Shown here piece after piece: positions 30,425-42,088 of a stretch of DNA of 64,000 nt. The stretch is taken from NCBI GenBank assembly GCA_963813715.1, contig CAWFAK010000013.1, positions 77,523-141,522 of the forward strand, in the 5' to 3' direction. The stretch is from an uncultured Planctomycetaceae bacterium. GTDB taxonomy: Bacteria > Planctomycetota > Planctomycetia > Planctomycetales > Planctomycetaceae. The notes below the pieces were generated by a model. It was not told where the DNA came from, did no database searches, and saw only the letters and a program-made list of their open reading frames with translations. Each line of letters opens with the position of its first letter. Position 1 is the first letter of the stretch. Made by a program: the position numbers and the translations under genes.

Positions 30425-33400
30425 CTATTCCTTCGTGATGGCCTCATCGAGATTGAGCAAGCTGCGGGCGACGAGCGTCCAGGCGGCCAGTTGAGCCGTC
30501 TGGTGTTTGTCCGTCGGAGGCGCCGCGGACGCGCCGGGGCCTGACAGGATTTCTTTCGCGGCGGCCGCATCGGCGTCGAACCGTGCTTTCGATTGCGCAT
30601 AGAACGCGACGAGTGCCGACAGCTCACTCGGCTCCGGTGGCCGTACAAGGCAGCGGCGGAACAGGTCCCGTGCCACCGCCTGTTCGTCACCCGTCGATTT
30701 GCCGAGCGCAGCCGCGGCCAATCCACGGGCGAACTCGACGAACTGGGCGTCGTTGAGCAGGGTCAGCGCCTGCAGCGGCGTATTCGTCACCTCGCGGCGG
30801 GCGACGCATTCTTCTCCGCTGGGGCCGTCAAAAGTCGCCAGCATGGCAAAGGGCGAGGTCCGCTTGGAAAACGTGTACATCCCGCGGCGAAAACGATCCG
30901 CACCCTGGCTGACGTTCCAGCTCATGCCGCCGTACGATCCCTCGCCCACGCTGGCCGGCTGCGGCGGAAAGACGCTCGGTCCGCCGATCCGCTCGGTCAG
31001 CAGGTCGCCGGCCGCCAGGGCCGAATCGCGGACGAGCTCGGCCTCGAGCCGTATCCGCGGCGCGTGGGAGAGCAGCTTGTTTTCCGGATCCTTGGCGATG
31101 GCGTCGGGCGTGAGATGCGACGCCTGCCGATAGGTCGCGCTGGTGACGATGAGCCGATGGGCCGCTTTGAATGACCAGCCGCGCCGCACGAACTCGATGG
31201 CCAGCCAGTCGAGCAGCTGGGGATGAGTGGGGGGCGTGCCCTGGTAGCCGAAGTCGTCCCCCGTCTTCACCAGGCCGCGGCCAAAGAAGGCCTGCCACTG
31301 CCGATTGGCGGTGACCCGCCCCACGAGGGGATTGCGGGCATCGACAAGCCAGCGAGCAAAGCCGAGCCGATTGCGCGGGAATTCGGGCGGCAGCGGACCG
31401 AACAGCGACGGGATCTGTGCCTCGACCGCTTCGGTCGGACCCAAGAACTCGCCCCGCTTGTGCACGAACGTCTTCCGCGGATTGTCAGCCGGCCGCTCAG
31501 AGAAGACCAGTGTCGTCGGCAAGAGAGGTTCTTGGGCTCGCTCGCTCTCGATGTTCTTGGCGAGGGCCCGAGAGGGCGGGCGCGATCGAGGCGAAATAAT
31601 GCTCGAGGGTCGCTCGCTCGGCAGCCGTCCGCTCAGCACGCGGGCGGGCGAGGATGGCGTCGACGTCGGCCGGCAGCACGCGGCGATCGACGGGGACGGA
31701 GCCGCCGGTGGCCGAGATGCGAAACTTGCCCAGCCCACACGCATAGTAATACTCAAACAACATCCGCACGGAGAGACTCCGCGCGTTGTGCAGCGGCTTG
31801 TCGAGAATGAAGACGGCCGAATGCGATTGCCCCTGGCCTTTGTTGATCGACCAGGACGTGAGCGGGTTCCCGTCGATTGCGGCGGCGGCTCCGCCGGCGT
31901 TCGCGGCGTAACTTTGCGTGGCCGCCCGGAACTGCAGCGGCGCCCCGTCGGCCTCGGCCGTCCATTCGCTCAGCTCGAAGTCCCCGAACGGCCCTTCGTA
32001 GAAGACGCGGCCGGGGCCGTGCTGGGGAAGTGAATCGTCGGGCAGCACGTCGATCCGCAGGGCGGTGATCTCGGTGGGCAGCTTGTCGAAGTCGACCTCA
32101 TAGTGGTCGCTCTTGCTCATGTCGCCGCTGGCGAGAATCGAATCGTCGGGCTGGACGGCCAGGTGTGGCAACGTGGCCTGCGCCTTTGACGGATGCAGCA
32201 CGGTCCAACCCAGCGCTCGGGCCGATTCCGTTTGTTCCCAGCGAGCGAATTTCTCCTCGAACTTCGCTCGACCTTCGCGGCCGCCGGGGCCAAAACGATT
32301 GGGCAAGTCGGCCTCGGCCGCGGCGATCTGATGTTCGATCTGTTGCCGGCGACTGACCAGCGCGGGAACGGGCAGGTCGAGTTGCCGTTCGTCGGCGTTG
32401 TTCAAAAAGGCCATGAAGCGGTAGTAGTCGCGGTGGGGGATCGGGTCGAACTTGTGCGTATGACACTGGGCACAGCGGACGGTCAGCCCCAGCCAAACGG
32501 TGCCGGTGGTCGCGACGCGATCGACAACCGCGTAGTAGCGATACTCGAGCGGATCGATGCCCCCTTCTTCGTTGAGCATCGTGTTGCGATGAAAGCCCGT
32601 GGCCACTTGGTCCGGCACGCTGGCGTTGGGCAGCATGTCGCCGGCAAGCTGCTTGATCGTGAACTGATCGAAGGGCAGGTCGGAATTGAGGGCGGCGATC
32701 ACCCAATCGCGATACGGCCAGATCGAGCGGCCGCGGTCCTTCTCGTAGCCGTTCGTGTCCGCGTACCGGGCCAGGTCGAGCCAGCGCCGACCCCAGCGCT
32801 CGCCGTAGTGTGGCGAGGCAAGCAGCCGATCGACGAGCCGCTCGTAGGCATTGGGCGACGAGTCGTTGACGAACGCGTCAGCCTCGGCGGGCGTCGGCGG
32901 CAAGCCGATCAGGTCGAGCGAGACGCGGCGAATCAGCGTGTAGCGATCGGCCTCGGGCGAGGGCTGCAACCCCAGACCGCTCGACTCGAGCTGAGCGCGG
33001 ATAAAGTCATCGATCGGATTGCGCGAGGGCGGAATGTCGGTCCGCGCAGCAACGCGAGGAGGCGGCACTTGTCGCGGCGGGACGAAGGCCCAGTGCGGCT
33101 TGTATTCGGCACCGGCGGTCACCCACGCGCGAAGAATCCGTCGCTCGTCGTCCGAGAGTGGCTTGTTGGCCGCGGGGGGCGGCATCATCTCGTCGGCATT
33201 ATGCGAATCGATGCGGCGGATCAGTTCGCTCGAGTCCGCCTTTCCCGGAACGATCGCCGCTTTGCCCGATTCGGTGCGTGCGGTCGCCGATTCGGGGAGG
33301 TCCAACCGCAGCTTGGCCTCGCGGGCTGCGTCGTCCGGGCCATGACACTTAAAGCAGTGCTGGCTGAGAATGGGCCGGACATCGCGCGAAAAATCGGGGC

Positions 33401-33526
33401 GAGGAGAATCGGGCCAGCGGCGAACCCAAAGCCCGCCAACGTGCAGACAATCGCTAGTGCAGCACCCAAACGAACGGCGGGCAAAGCGCACCCCCAAACA
33501 GCGGCTCCAGACGCATCAACCTTCAT
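30425..33526 (-). CDS. PSD1 and planctomycete cytochrome c domain protein (DUF1549/DUF1553; frameshifts near 33425 and 31560)
   Basis: DFSRDVRPILSQHCFKCHGPD, HWAFVPP, YGERWGRRWLDLARYADT, CAQCHTHKFDP, NPLVGRVTANRQWQ, THPQLLDWLA, NTPLQALTLLN. Confidence 0.92.
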
Positions 33527-33600
33527 TTATTCTACGCTATTTCTCGGGGGCCGCGAGCGACTCGGGCCATCATTCGACAGGGAAAACGCCGGCGGCCGCT

Positions 33601-33688
33601 GCCAAGCTTTCAGCTTGCCCGCCGATCTGAGTCCGACATTCCCAGCCCGATGAAACCGGGACACAGGCAAGCTGGCAGCTTGCCCTAC
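33601..33688. repeat. GTAG-type REP doublet
   Basis: 33666-33688 reads GTAG-GGCAAGCT-GCC-AGCTTGCC on the minus strand; a degenerate copy GCCAAGCT-TTC-AGCTTGCC lies at 33601-33619. Confidence 0.65.
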
Positions 33689-33696
33689 GCAGGAGA

Positions 33697-34131
33697 CTAC
33701 TTCCGGAACGCCTGCATGCGTCGCTCCATCTCCTCGGGGGAGACGTCTTCGACGTGCGTGGCGATGTACCAGGAGTTGCCGCACGGGTCGACGACCGCCC
33801 CTGTGCGATCGCCATAGAACATGTCGGTGGGCTCCGAGAGCACCTTGGCGCCGGCCGCGACGGCGCGGCGATGGACTTCGTCGACGTTGGTGACGTAGTG
33901 ATGGAGCGTGGCGGCGTACGCCTGCGCCCGCTCGCTCGCCTCGCCCAGCATGATAATCGTGTCGCCGATTTTGACTTCAGCGTGGGCAATCGCCCCGTTG
34001 GGTCCGTTGATCCGTTCGACGCACGTTCCGCCGAACGCTTGCTCGAGAAACGTGACGAGCCTTCCCGCACCGACACCGACCAGGTAAGCCGTCACGCTGT
34101 GATGACCTTCGGGAATCGCTTTCACCGTCAT
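33697..34131 (-). CDS. VOC/glyoxalase (PhnB-like) protein
   Basis: IPEGHHSVTAYL, HAEVKIGD, DMFYGDR...DPCGNSWYIATH; GAGGAG RBS. Confidence 0.92.
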   Translation of the reverse strand: MTVKAIPEGHHSVTAYLVGVGAGRLVTFLEQAFGGTCVERINGPNGAIAHAEVKIGDTIIMLGEASERAQAYAATLHHYVTNVDEVHRRAVAAGAKVLSEPTDMFYGDRTGAVVDPCGNSWYIATHVEDVSPEEMERRMQAFRK

Positions 34132-34232
34132 GGCAGTCTCCTCTTTTGTCGCGGACCTGAGCGAAAGACGCCGGGCAATCGAATTATAATCGGACCGCGG
34201 TTGCCGCACGTCGCGGGCGACACGGAAAACCG

Positions 34233-37200
34233 ATGCGAGAGCGAATAGTGAAACATCGAGCGGACACACGGCGGTTCAGCGGTTTGGTGCTTTCGAGTTT
34301 GCTGTTGCTGGCATTGCCGGCAGCGACCCGGGCTGCCGATCCACCCGCCGCGACCGACCTGCGAGTGGGAGCAGCCGCGGAGAATCTCAAGTGCGATCGT
34401 TCGATGGTGATCGGCGGGTCGATCGAACCGCGCTACACAAACGAACAAGAGGGCGAACTGCGAGCCACGGCCGTCGTTATCGAAAAGTCGGGGGCGGCCA
34501 AGATTGCCATCGTCGAGTGCGACGTCCTTTGGATTCCGAAGGCCCAGATCGACGCGGCCTTGGCGGAGATCCAGAAAAGTACGGGAATCGAGCCGCAGAA
34601 CGTCCTCGTCAATGCCACGCACACGCACCACGCGCCGAGCACCGCGCCGGCGCACGATTTCGGCTATTCACCCGAGTTCTGCCGCGAGCTGAGGCGGGGC
34701 ATCGTGCACGCCGTCGAGGAGGCCAATCGACGCTTGGCCGGAGGCGACGCGGCCTTTTTCTTCGCGCTCGGCGAGGAGAAGACTGTCGGTGGAAACAGCC
34801 GGTTTAAGTTGCCCGACGGCAACATCAGCTGGCTGCGGCCCAGGGAAGAAGCGGGCACGCAGGGAGTGCCCACCGGTCCGTTCGATCCGCAGCTCCCCGT
34901 GCTCGACTTCCGCGATCCGGCCGGCCACACGCGGGCCCTGATCTTCAATCATTCGACGCACACCATCGGCACCCGCAGCGGCAAGAACGTGCGCTCGCCC
35001 GGCTTCTATGGGCTGGCCGCCCAGGAGTTGGAGCACGAGCTGGGAGGCACGGTGAGCTTTCTCGAAGGGGCCTCGGGCTCGACGCACAACATCACGGCAG
35101 TCCCTGTGGACCAGGCCGTCCTCCGCATGAAGGCCGCCGTCCGTGAGGCGCGCGGGCAGGCCACGCGTCATCCCGTCGATCAGATGGCTTCGATCAAGCG
35201 TGCTCTCAAGTTCCGCGTCCGCCACTTCGACGATTCCGAGGAAGACGCCAAGATCGCCCGGTACACCACCCGCTACACGCCCACCCGCGCGTCGTCCGAT
35301 TACATTCGCAAAGTCTTCGCCACGATGCGAAAGCAGCTCAAGCCACAGCAAGGGCAGGAGCGGGAGACTGTCGTGCAGGCCCTGCGAATCGGCGACGTGG
35401 CGATCGTCGGCGTGCCGGCCGAGTACTTCACTGTCCTCGGCGTCGACATCAAGCAGCGTTCGCCCTTCAAGTTCACCTACGTGGCCGAGCTGGCCAACGA
35501 CTGGATCGGCTATCTGCCCAATCGCGAGGGGCTGCACCTCGGCGGCTACCAAACGTGGATGGGCCTGCACAGCTACGCCGAAGAAGGGACCGGCGAGCGA
35601 ATCGCCGATCTGGCCGTCGAGCTGTTGCGCGAATTGAAAGCCGGCGACGGGCAGCCGACTGCAACCAAGGGGGCGTCGTCTCAGTCATCCGGCGAGTCGG
35701 CGACTCCCGTCAAGAGTGCACCCGCCGGCCGTCAAACGCCGCAAGCCGAACAGCAGATGTTTCGCTTCGCCGATCCGTCGCTCACCGCGGACCTGGTCGC
35801 GGCCGAGCCCCAGGTTGTCAGTCCGGTGGCCCTCGCCTGGGACGCTCGCGGCCGCATGTACGTGGCTGAAATGGGCGGCTACCCGGTCACCGAGCACAAG
35901 GGCCGCATTCGGCAGCTGCGCGACAACGACGGCGACGGCGTTTATGAGCAGTCGATCGTATTTGCCGAGGGGCTGAATTTCCCGGCGACAGTCATGCCCT
36001 ATCGGGACGGCATCTTGACGATCGACGCGCCGGACCTGATTTTCCTCCGCGATACAGATGGCGACGGCAAGGCCGACGAACGGCGCGTCGAATGGACGGG
36101 CTTCATCCCCGGTTCGCAACAACTGCGAGCCAACGCCTTGCATTGGGGGCTCGACAACTGGATTTACGGCGCGAACGGCCGCTGCGACGGCGAGATTTTT
36201 CGCCCGGGCGCCGACCCGAAGATGGCCGTCTCGATCCGCGGCCGCGACTTTCGCTTTCGATTCGCGGGCGATGCGAAATCGAGCACGGCAGAGTTTCAGG
36301 CGATTGCCGGGCAGAGCCAGTTCGGGCAGTGCCACGACGATTGGGGCCGCCGTTTTCTCTCTTGGAACACGATCCCGGTGCGACAAGCCGTCGTGCCCGA
36401 GCCCTACGCCAGCGAGCGCTCGCAGTTCCAGTCGCGGGGCATGGTCGACATTGCCTCGCCGGAAGACAACGGCCGCGTCTACCCGGTGAGTCCGCCGCCG
36501 CGGCAATTCAACGCCGAGCCGGCCGAGTACTACAACGCGATGTGCGGGCTGACGATCTTTCGCGGCACCGCGCTTGGCGAGGCGTATCGCGGCAATGCCT
36601 TCGTCGGCGAGTCACTGTCCAACCTGGTGACGCGACGGGTGTTGACGTCGGACGGGGTCGAACGAGTCTCGCGGCGCGGAGAGCAGAATCGCGAGTTTCT
36701 CGCCGGCGCCGATCCCTGGTTTCACCCGGTGTTCATGACCACGGGTCCGGACGGCGCACTCTATGTGGCCGACTTCTACCGCGAATATGTCGAGCACCCG
36801 CGCTACGTGGCTTCCGAGGAGATTCGCCGTCGCATCCCCTGGCAGACCGGCTCCGAGAACGGTCGCATCTGGCGGATCCACCGTCGCGATTGGCAACCCG
36901 ATTCGCACCCTCGCCCGGATCTGTCGCAGGCGAGCACCGAGCAGCTCGTCGCGGCGCTCGCCGATCCGGTCGGCTGGTGGCGGGACACGGCCCAGCGGCT
37001 GCTGGTCGAACGCCAGGACCGGGCGGCCGTTCCCCTGCTCGAAGCGCGGGTGGGAAAGGACGCATCGCCCGTCGCGCAGATTCACGCGCTCTGGACGCTC
37101 GACGGATTGGGGGCGACCAGCGACAAGGTGCTGCGTGCGGCTCTAGTGTCGAACGAGCCGAGAGTCCGCGAGCAGGCGATCGCCCTCGTGGCACAGGACC

Positions 37201-38628
37201 CGGCGCGGATCGGCCGCTGTCTGCAGCCGCTGTCTGAATTGCTCGACGACGTCGATCCCGGCGTGCGATTCCGGCTGGCGCTCGCACTCGGCGCGCTGCC
37301 GCCCGACGAGGTGCGGCTGCAGCGCGCTTGTGCGGCTGGCCGCTTATCGTCCGCGTGATCCCTGGGTGCTTTGGGCCGTGCTCAGCAGCGCGGCTGGCCA
37401 GACGTCGGGCGTGATCCGATTGTTGGCCGAGTCGCATCCCGAGACGCTGGCCGCGAGCGAGCCGTCGCTGTTGCCGTTTCTCGCCGACGCCGGCCAGCAA
37501 ATCGCCACGGAACTGGCGGGCGACGACCTGGCCGATTTCTGCGGTTGGCTGGCTGACCCCGACGCGCGGTCCGACGAAGCCCGCGTCGGTCGCGTCGTGC
37601 TATTGGCAGCGATCGTTCGCGGACGCGAGGCGACCGCGGCGGGCGACGCCAAGAATCGTTTCAGTTTCCTGACGGCGGCGCAGCGGGCACAAGTGGCTAA
37701 GTCGGCCGTGCGCTTAGCCGAAGATTCGACTCAGCCGCTGCTTGTGCGGTCGGCCGCCATTCGTTTGCTGACGCTGGCTCCGGCTGAGTCCGCGGAGCGG
37801 CTGGCGAAGCTCTTGGCGGGACCGGCGGATGGGCCGTTGCAAGCGGCGGTGGCCGAGGCGCTCGCCGATCGCAACGAGGCGGAGGGCTGCCGGGCTGTGT
37901 ACCAGGCCTGGGAGTTGTTGGGGACCGACGCGCGGCGCGCGGTGATCGCCGCAGCACTGCGCTCGCCCGCCGCGATCGAGGCGCTCTTGGATGCCGTGAA
38001 AGCCGGAACTGTGCGGCCGGTCGAAGTGCCGATCGACGTCGCCCAGAGGCTAAAACACGCCCCGTCGGAGCCGCTCCGCGAGCGGGCCCTCGCACTCTTT
38101 CGCAGTACGGCGTCGACCAATCGTCGGGCCGTCGTCGAACATTACCTGCAGTCCGTCCCTGCGACGGGCAGCGTGGAGCGGGGGGCCGCCCTCTTCCGCG
38201 AAAACTGCCTCACGTGCCACACGATTCAGCGCGTCGGCAAGCAGGTGGGGCCGGAGCTTTCGGGGCTCAGCTCGCGGCCGCGAGAGATTGTGCTGCACGA
38301 CATCTTGGACCCGAGCGCCCAGGTTTCGGCCGATTACCTGAGCTACACGGTCGTCACCAAGGACGGCAAAACGGCCGAGGGACTGATCGTCAGCCAGTCG
38401 AACGGCTCGGTGCGGCTGAGGCGGTCGGGTGGCGAAGAGAGCCTCGTGCCGGCCGCCTTGATCGAACAGATTCGAGCCAGTGACAAGTCGCTGATGCCCG
38501 ACGGTTTCGAGACCAAAATCAGTCCACAAGCCATGGGCGATTTGCTAGCATTCCTCCGGCAGCCGAGCCGCGACTTGCTGCAGTCGGGAAAGCCCGCCCC
38601 GGCCGGTCGCGCCGCGGGGAGTGAGTGA
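34233..38628 (+). CDS. Neutral/alkaline ceramidase-like domain fused to a PVC-type CxxCH heme protein (frameshift near 37325)
   Basis: NATHTHHAP, FLEGASG, GVPAEYF, LANDWIGYLP; then DNDGDG/DTDGDG propeller, WFHPV..TGPDGALYVADFYR, HEAT repeats, CLTCH, VGPELS, SLMPDGF. Confidence 0.85.
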
Positions 38629-38719
38629 CCGCAACCCGAGCTTCGGCGTGCCGAGAGCGCTCGGCAGACGAGCGCGAATGAACCACGTTGTAGCCAAGAG
38701 TTGGCTTCCAGAAAGGAGT

Positions 38720-39187
38720 ATGGCGATGAACGGAATTTCTCGACGCGCCGGAGTCCTCGCCCTTGGGATCGCGTCGGCGGCGTGTGTGGTGTTCGGAGTG
38801 TGGCACGAATTGCGGGCCGAATTGCCGCGGCCCGAGTACCGTCGTTTGCAGCGGCAATCACCGGAAGAGGTCAAGATCGCGGTGCTGGGCGTCCATGAAG
38901 CTCCGGTCGGCGAGTCGCCGCGCGAACGTGAGCGAGTGGGCCGGGCGTTTGATATCGACGTCGAGGCCAAGGTGCTTCGCGTCGCCCGCACGTCCGTGCG
39001 GATTCATGACGGCGAAGTGATCCACATCGTGTATCGGCTGCACCGTCGCGAGCGAGCGGTTCCAGGCCCCGGCGAACCCCAACCGCCCGAGCAGGGACAC
39101 GAGTACCCGGCGTTCCTGGCGAAGGTCGAAGGCGATCGCCGCGCATTCGCTCCGGCTGCCGGCGTCTACACCTTCGAGCGGCTCTAA
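38720..39187 (+). CDS. Hypothetical exported protein
   Basis: AAAGGAG RBS; SRR plus hydrophobic N-terminus; followed by a terminator. Confidence 0.7.
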   Translation: MAMNGISRRAGVLALGIASAACVVFGVWHELRAELPRPEYRRLQRQSPEEVKIAVLGVHEAPVGESPRERERVGRAFDIDVEAKVLRVARTSVRIHDGEVIHIVYRLHRRERAVPGPGEPQPPEQGHEYPAFLAKVEGDRRAFAPAAGVYTFERL

Positions 39188-39233
39188 CGAGCCCGCGGCG
39201 TTCGATCGTCGAGCGTCACGAATCGGAAATGAC

Positions 39234-39266
39234 AAAAGACGGCGCGACCCCGCGCCGTCTTTTTTT
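39234..39266. terminator. Bidirectional intrinsic terminator
   Basis: AAAAGACGGCGCG-accc-CGCGCCGTCTTTTTTT between convergent genes. Confidence 0.85.
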
Positions 39267-39308
39267 GCGCCTTCACCGGCATTAAGTCGCCTTACCCGGC
39301 AACGCGGT

Positions 39309-40508
39309 TCAAAAGTGTTTGGCGAGCCGGTCGACAATCAGGCGGCCAATGTTGAGCGAGGCGGTGGCGGCCGGGCTGGGGGCGTTGAGCACGTTGACGA
39401 TGCGGTCGTTCTCGACAATCGAAAAGTCGTCGACGAGGCTGCCGTCCGGCGCCAAAGCCTGGGCACGCACACCCGCCGGCGCGGTGTGCATATGCTCGGA
39501 GCGGATGTCGGGGATCAACCGCGTGAGCGCCTTCACGAAGGCTCCCTTGCTGATCGAACGCCAGAGTTCGCCCATCCCCATCCGCCAGTTGCGCGAGGCC
39601 AGTCGCAAGAAGCCCGGATAGGTGAGTGATTCGGCCAGGTCATGCAGGTTGATGTCGCTGAGGTGATAGCCTTCCCGCGCGAAAGCCAGCACCGCGTTCG
39701 GGCCGCACTCGACGCCGCCGAGCGCCATCCGCGTGAAGTGCACGCCCAAAAAGGGAAAGTCGGGATCAGGAACCGGGTAGATCAAGTTGCGGCAAAACTT
39801 TTCTGCCGCGGGAACCAGCTCGTAATATTCGCCGCGAAACGGGACGATCTTGGCCGGCGGCGTCATTCCGCCCAGGGCCGTCACCCGGTCGGCAAACAGC
39901 CCCGTGCAGTTGACCACCAGTTTCGCCACGACTTCGCCCGCCGTGCTCACGAGCCGCGTGCGATCGCCCTCGCCACGAATGGCCGTCACCCGGGCGTTCG
40001 TCACGATTTTTCCGCCGGCCTGCTCGATCCGGGCGGCCAGCTTCGCGCAGACGCCCCGGTAGTCGACGATGCCCGCGTCGGGGACGTGGATCGCGCGGAT
40101 GCCGGCCGAGTAAGGTTCCAGCTCGTGTAGCCGTTCGCGGCCGATGATTTCGCAGGTCACGCCGTTGGCCTGTCCGCGCTCGTAAATCCGTTCGAGTGCC
40201 GGCAGCTCTTTTTCGTCGACGGCGACGATCACCTTGCCGCAAATTTCGTGGGCGACGCCCTCTTGCTGGCAGAACTCGATCAGGGCCTTGCGACCGTCGC
40301 GGCAGTTGACCGCCTTGAGCGAGCCGGGCTTATAGTAAATGCCCGAGTGAATCACGCCCGAGTTGCGGCCCGTCTGGTGCGCGGCGAGGGCGGCCTCTTT
40401 TTCGAGCACGACGACTTTTTTGCCGGGATCGAGCCGGCCGAGCTGATAGCCGGTCGCCAGGCCGACGATGCCGCCGCCGATAATTGCGACGTCGCACTCG
40501 GTGGTCAC
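39309..40508 (-). CDS. lhgO: L-2-hydroxyglutarate oxidase
   Basis: [79 protein letters not shown] overlap with the lpdA stop. Confidence 0.9.
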   Translation of the reverse strand: MTTECDVAIIGGGIVGLATGYQLGRLDPGKKVVVLEKEAALAAHQTGRNSGVIHSGIYYKPGSLKAVNCRDGRKALIEFCQQEGVAHEICGKVIVAVDEKELPALERIYERGQANGVTCEIIGRERLHELEPYSAGIRAIHVPDAGIVDYRGVCAKLAARIEQAGGKIVTNARVTAIRGEGDRTRLVSTAGEVVAKLVVNCTGLFADRVTALGGMTPPAKIVPFRGEYYELVPAAEKFCRNLIYPVPDPDFPFLGVHFTRMALGGVECGPNAVLAFAREGYHLSDINLHDLAESLTYPGFLRLASRNWRMGMGELWRSISKGAFVKALTRLIPDIRSEHMHTAPAGVRAQALAPDGSLVDDFSIVENDRIVNVLNAPSPAATASLNIGRLIVDRLAKHF

Positions 40509-41960
40509 GACCGCGCCTCGGCGCGTTTGGCCCGGTAGATGTGCGTCGCCTGGCCGAAGGCGGTTTCGGCCGCCTCCATGATCGTTTCGCTCAACGTCGG
40601 GTGGGCGTGGATCGTTTCGGCCACGTCTCGGGCGACGCACGCCGTCTCGACGGCCAGCGTCGCCTCGGCGATCAATTCGCCGGCCCCGGCACCGACGATG
40701 CCGACGCCGAGCACGCGCTCGGTCTCGGGATCGAAGAGGATCTTGGTCAGCCCCTCGGTCCGCGAAATCGTGACGGCCCGGCCCGATGCGCCCCAGGGAA
40801 AGCGGGCAATTTTGACTTCGCGGTTGGTGTTCTTCGCTTCCGTCTCGGTCAGGCCGCACCAGGCGATTTCCGGATCGGTAAAGACGACGGCCGGAATGGC
40901 CAGGTTGTCGAACGCGGCCGGCTCGCCGGCGAGCGCCTCAATCGCGACATGCGCCTCGCGAGTGGCCTTGTGTGCGAGCATCGGTTCGCCCGCTACGTCG
41001 CCAATCGCCAGGATGTTCGGATCGGCCGTCCGCCGCTGCGGGTCGACCTTGATGAACCCTTTTTGATCGATTTCCGCGCGGGTGTTTTCCAGGCCCAGGT
41101 CGCGGCTGTTCGGCCGGCGGCCCACGGAGACCAGCACGCGGTCGAAGGTCTGCTTGGGCTCGACTCCTTCGCCCTCCAACTCGGCGACGATGCCTTCTTT
41201 GGTCGCGGTCAGCTTGGTGACCTTGGTGTTGAGCAAGATGGCAGCGAAGAGCTTGTCGAGCCGCGTTTTGAGCGGCCGCACCAGGTCGCGGTCGGCTCCG
41301 GGGAGCAGGCCGGCCGTCATCTCCACGACCGTCACCTTCGAGCCGAGCGCTGCGTAGACCGAGCCCATTTCGAGGCCGATGTACCCGCCGCCGACGACGA
41401 GCAATTTTCCCGGCACGTCGGGCAGGTCGAGGGCACCGGTCGAGTCCATCACCCGCGGATCTTTGATGGCGAAGATCGGCGGAATGATCGGCGAGGAACC
41501 GGTGGCGACGATGGCCTTGCCGAAGGCCAGCTTTTGCGTCGAGCCGTCCGGCTTTTTCAATTCGAGCGTGGTCGAGTCGAGAAAGCGGGCCCGCGCTTGG
41601 ACCAGCTTGACGCCGCGGGCCTTGCACAATTCGCCGACGCCGCCCGTCAGCTTTTTGACGACCGATTCTTTGAACGAGCGCAGCTTGTCGATCTCGACTT
41701 TCGGCTGGGCGAAGGTGATGCCCCATTGCGTCGGCCTCGTGCGCTTCGCCCAAGAGGGCCGCGACGTGCAAGAGGGCCTTCGACGGAATGCAGCCGCGGT
41801 GCAGACACACGCCGCCGGGAATGGCTTCGTCGTTGACGAGCGTCACGTCCATTCCGCGGTCGGCCGCGTCGAACGCCGCCGGATAGCCGCCCGGCCCGCC
41901 GCCGATTACCACCAGCTCGGCGCGAGCGCCGGAATCTGCTTGATCACCATCGCCCGGCAT
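40505..41960 (-). CDS. lpdA: Dihydrolipoamide dehydrogenase (E3) (frameshift near 41727)
   Basis: [38 protein letters not shown]. Confidence 0.93.
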
Positions 41961-42088
41961 GTTGAGTCTCTTTAGAAGTCGAACAAGGCTTTGGTCCGCG
42001 GTCACGGATCGGATCCCCGATCGCCGGAGGAGTTTTCGCTAAAACTCGACGCGGCATCTGCACCACCGACGGACCGGCCGGCGGCCGC

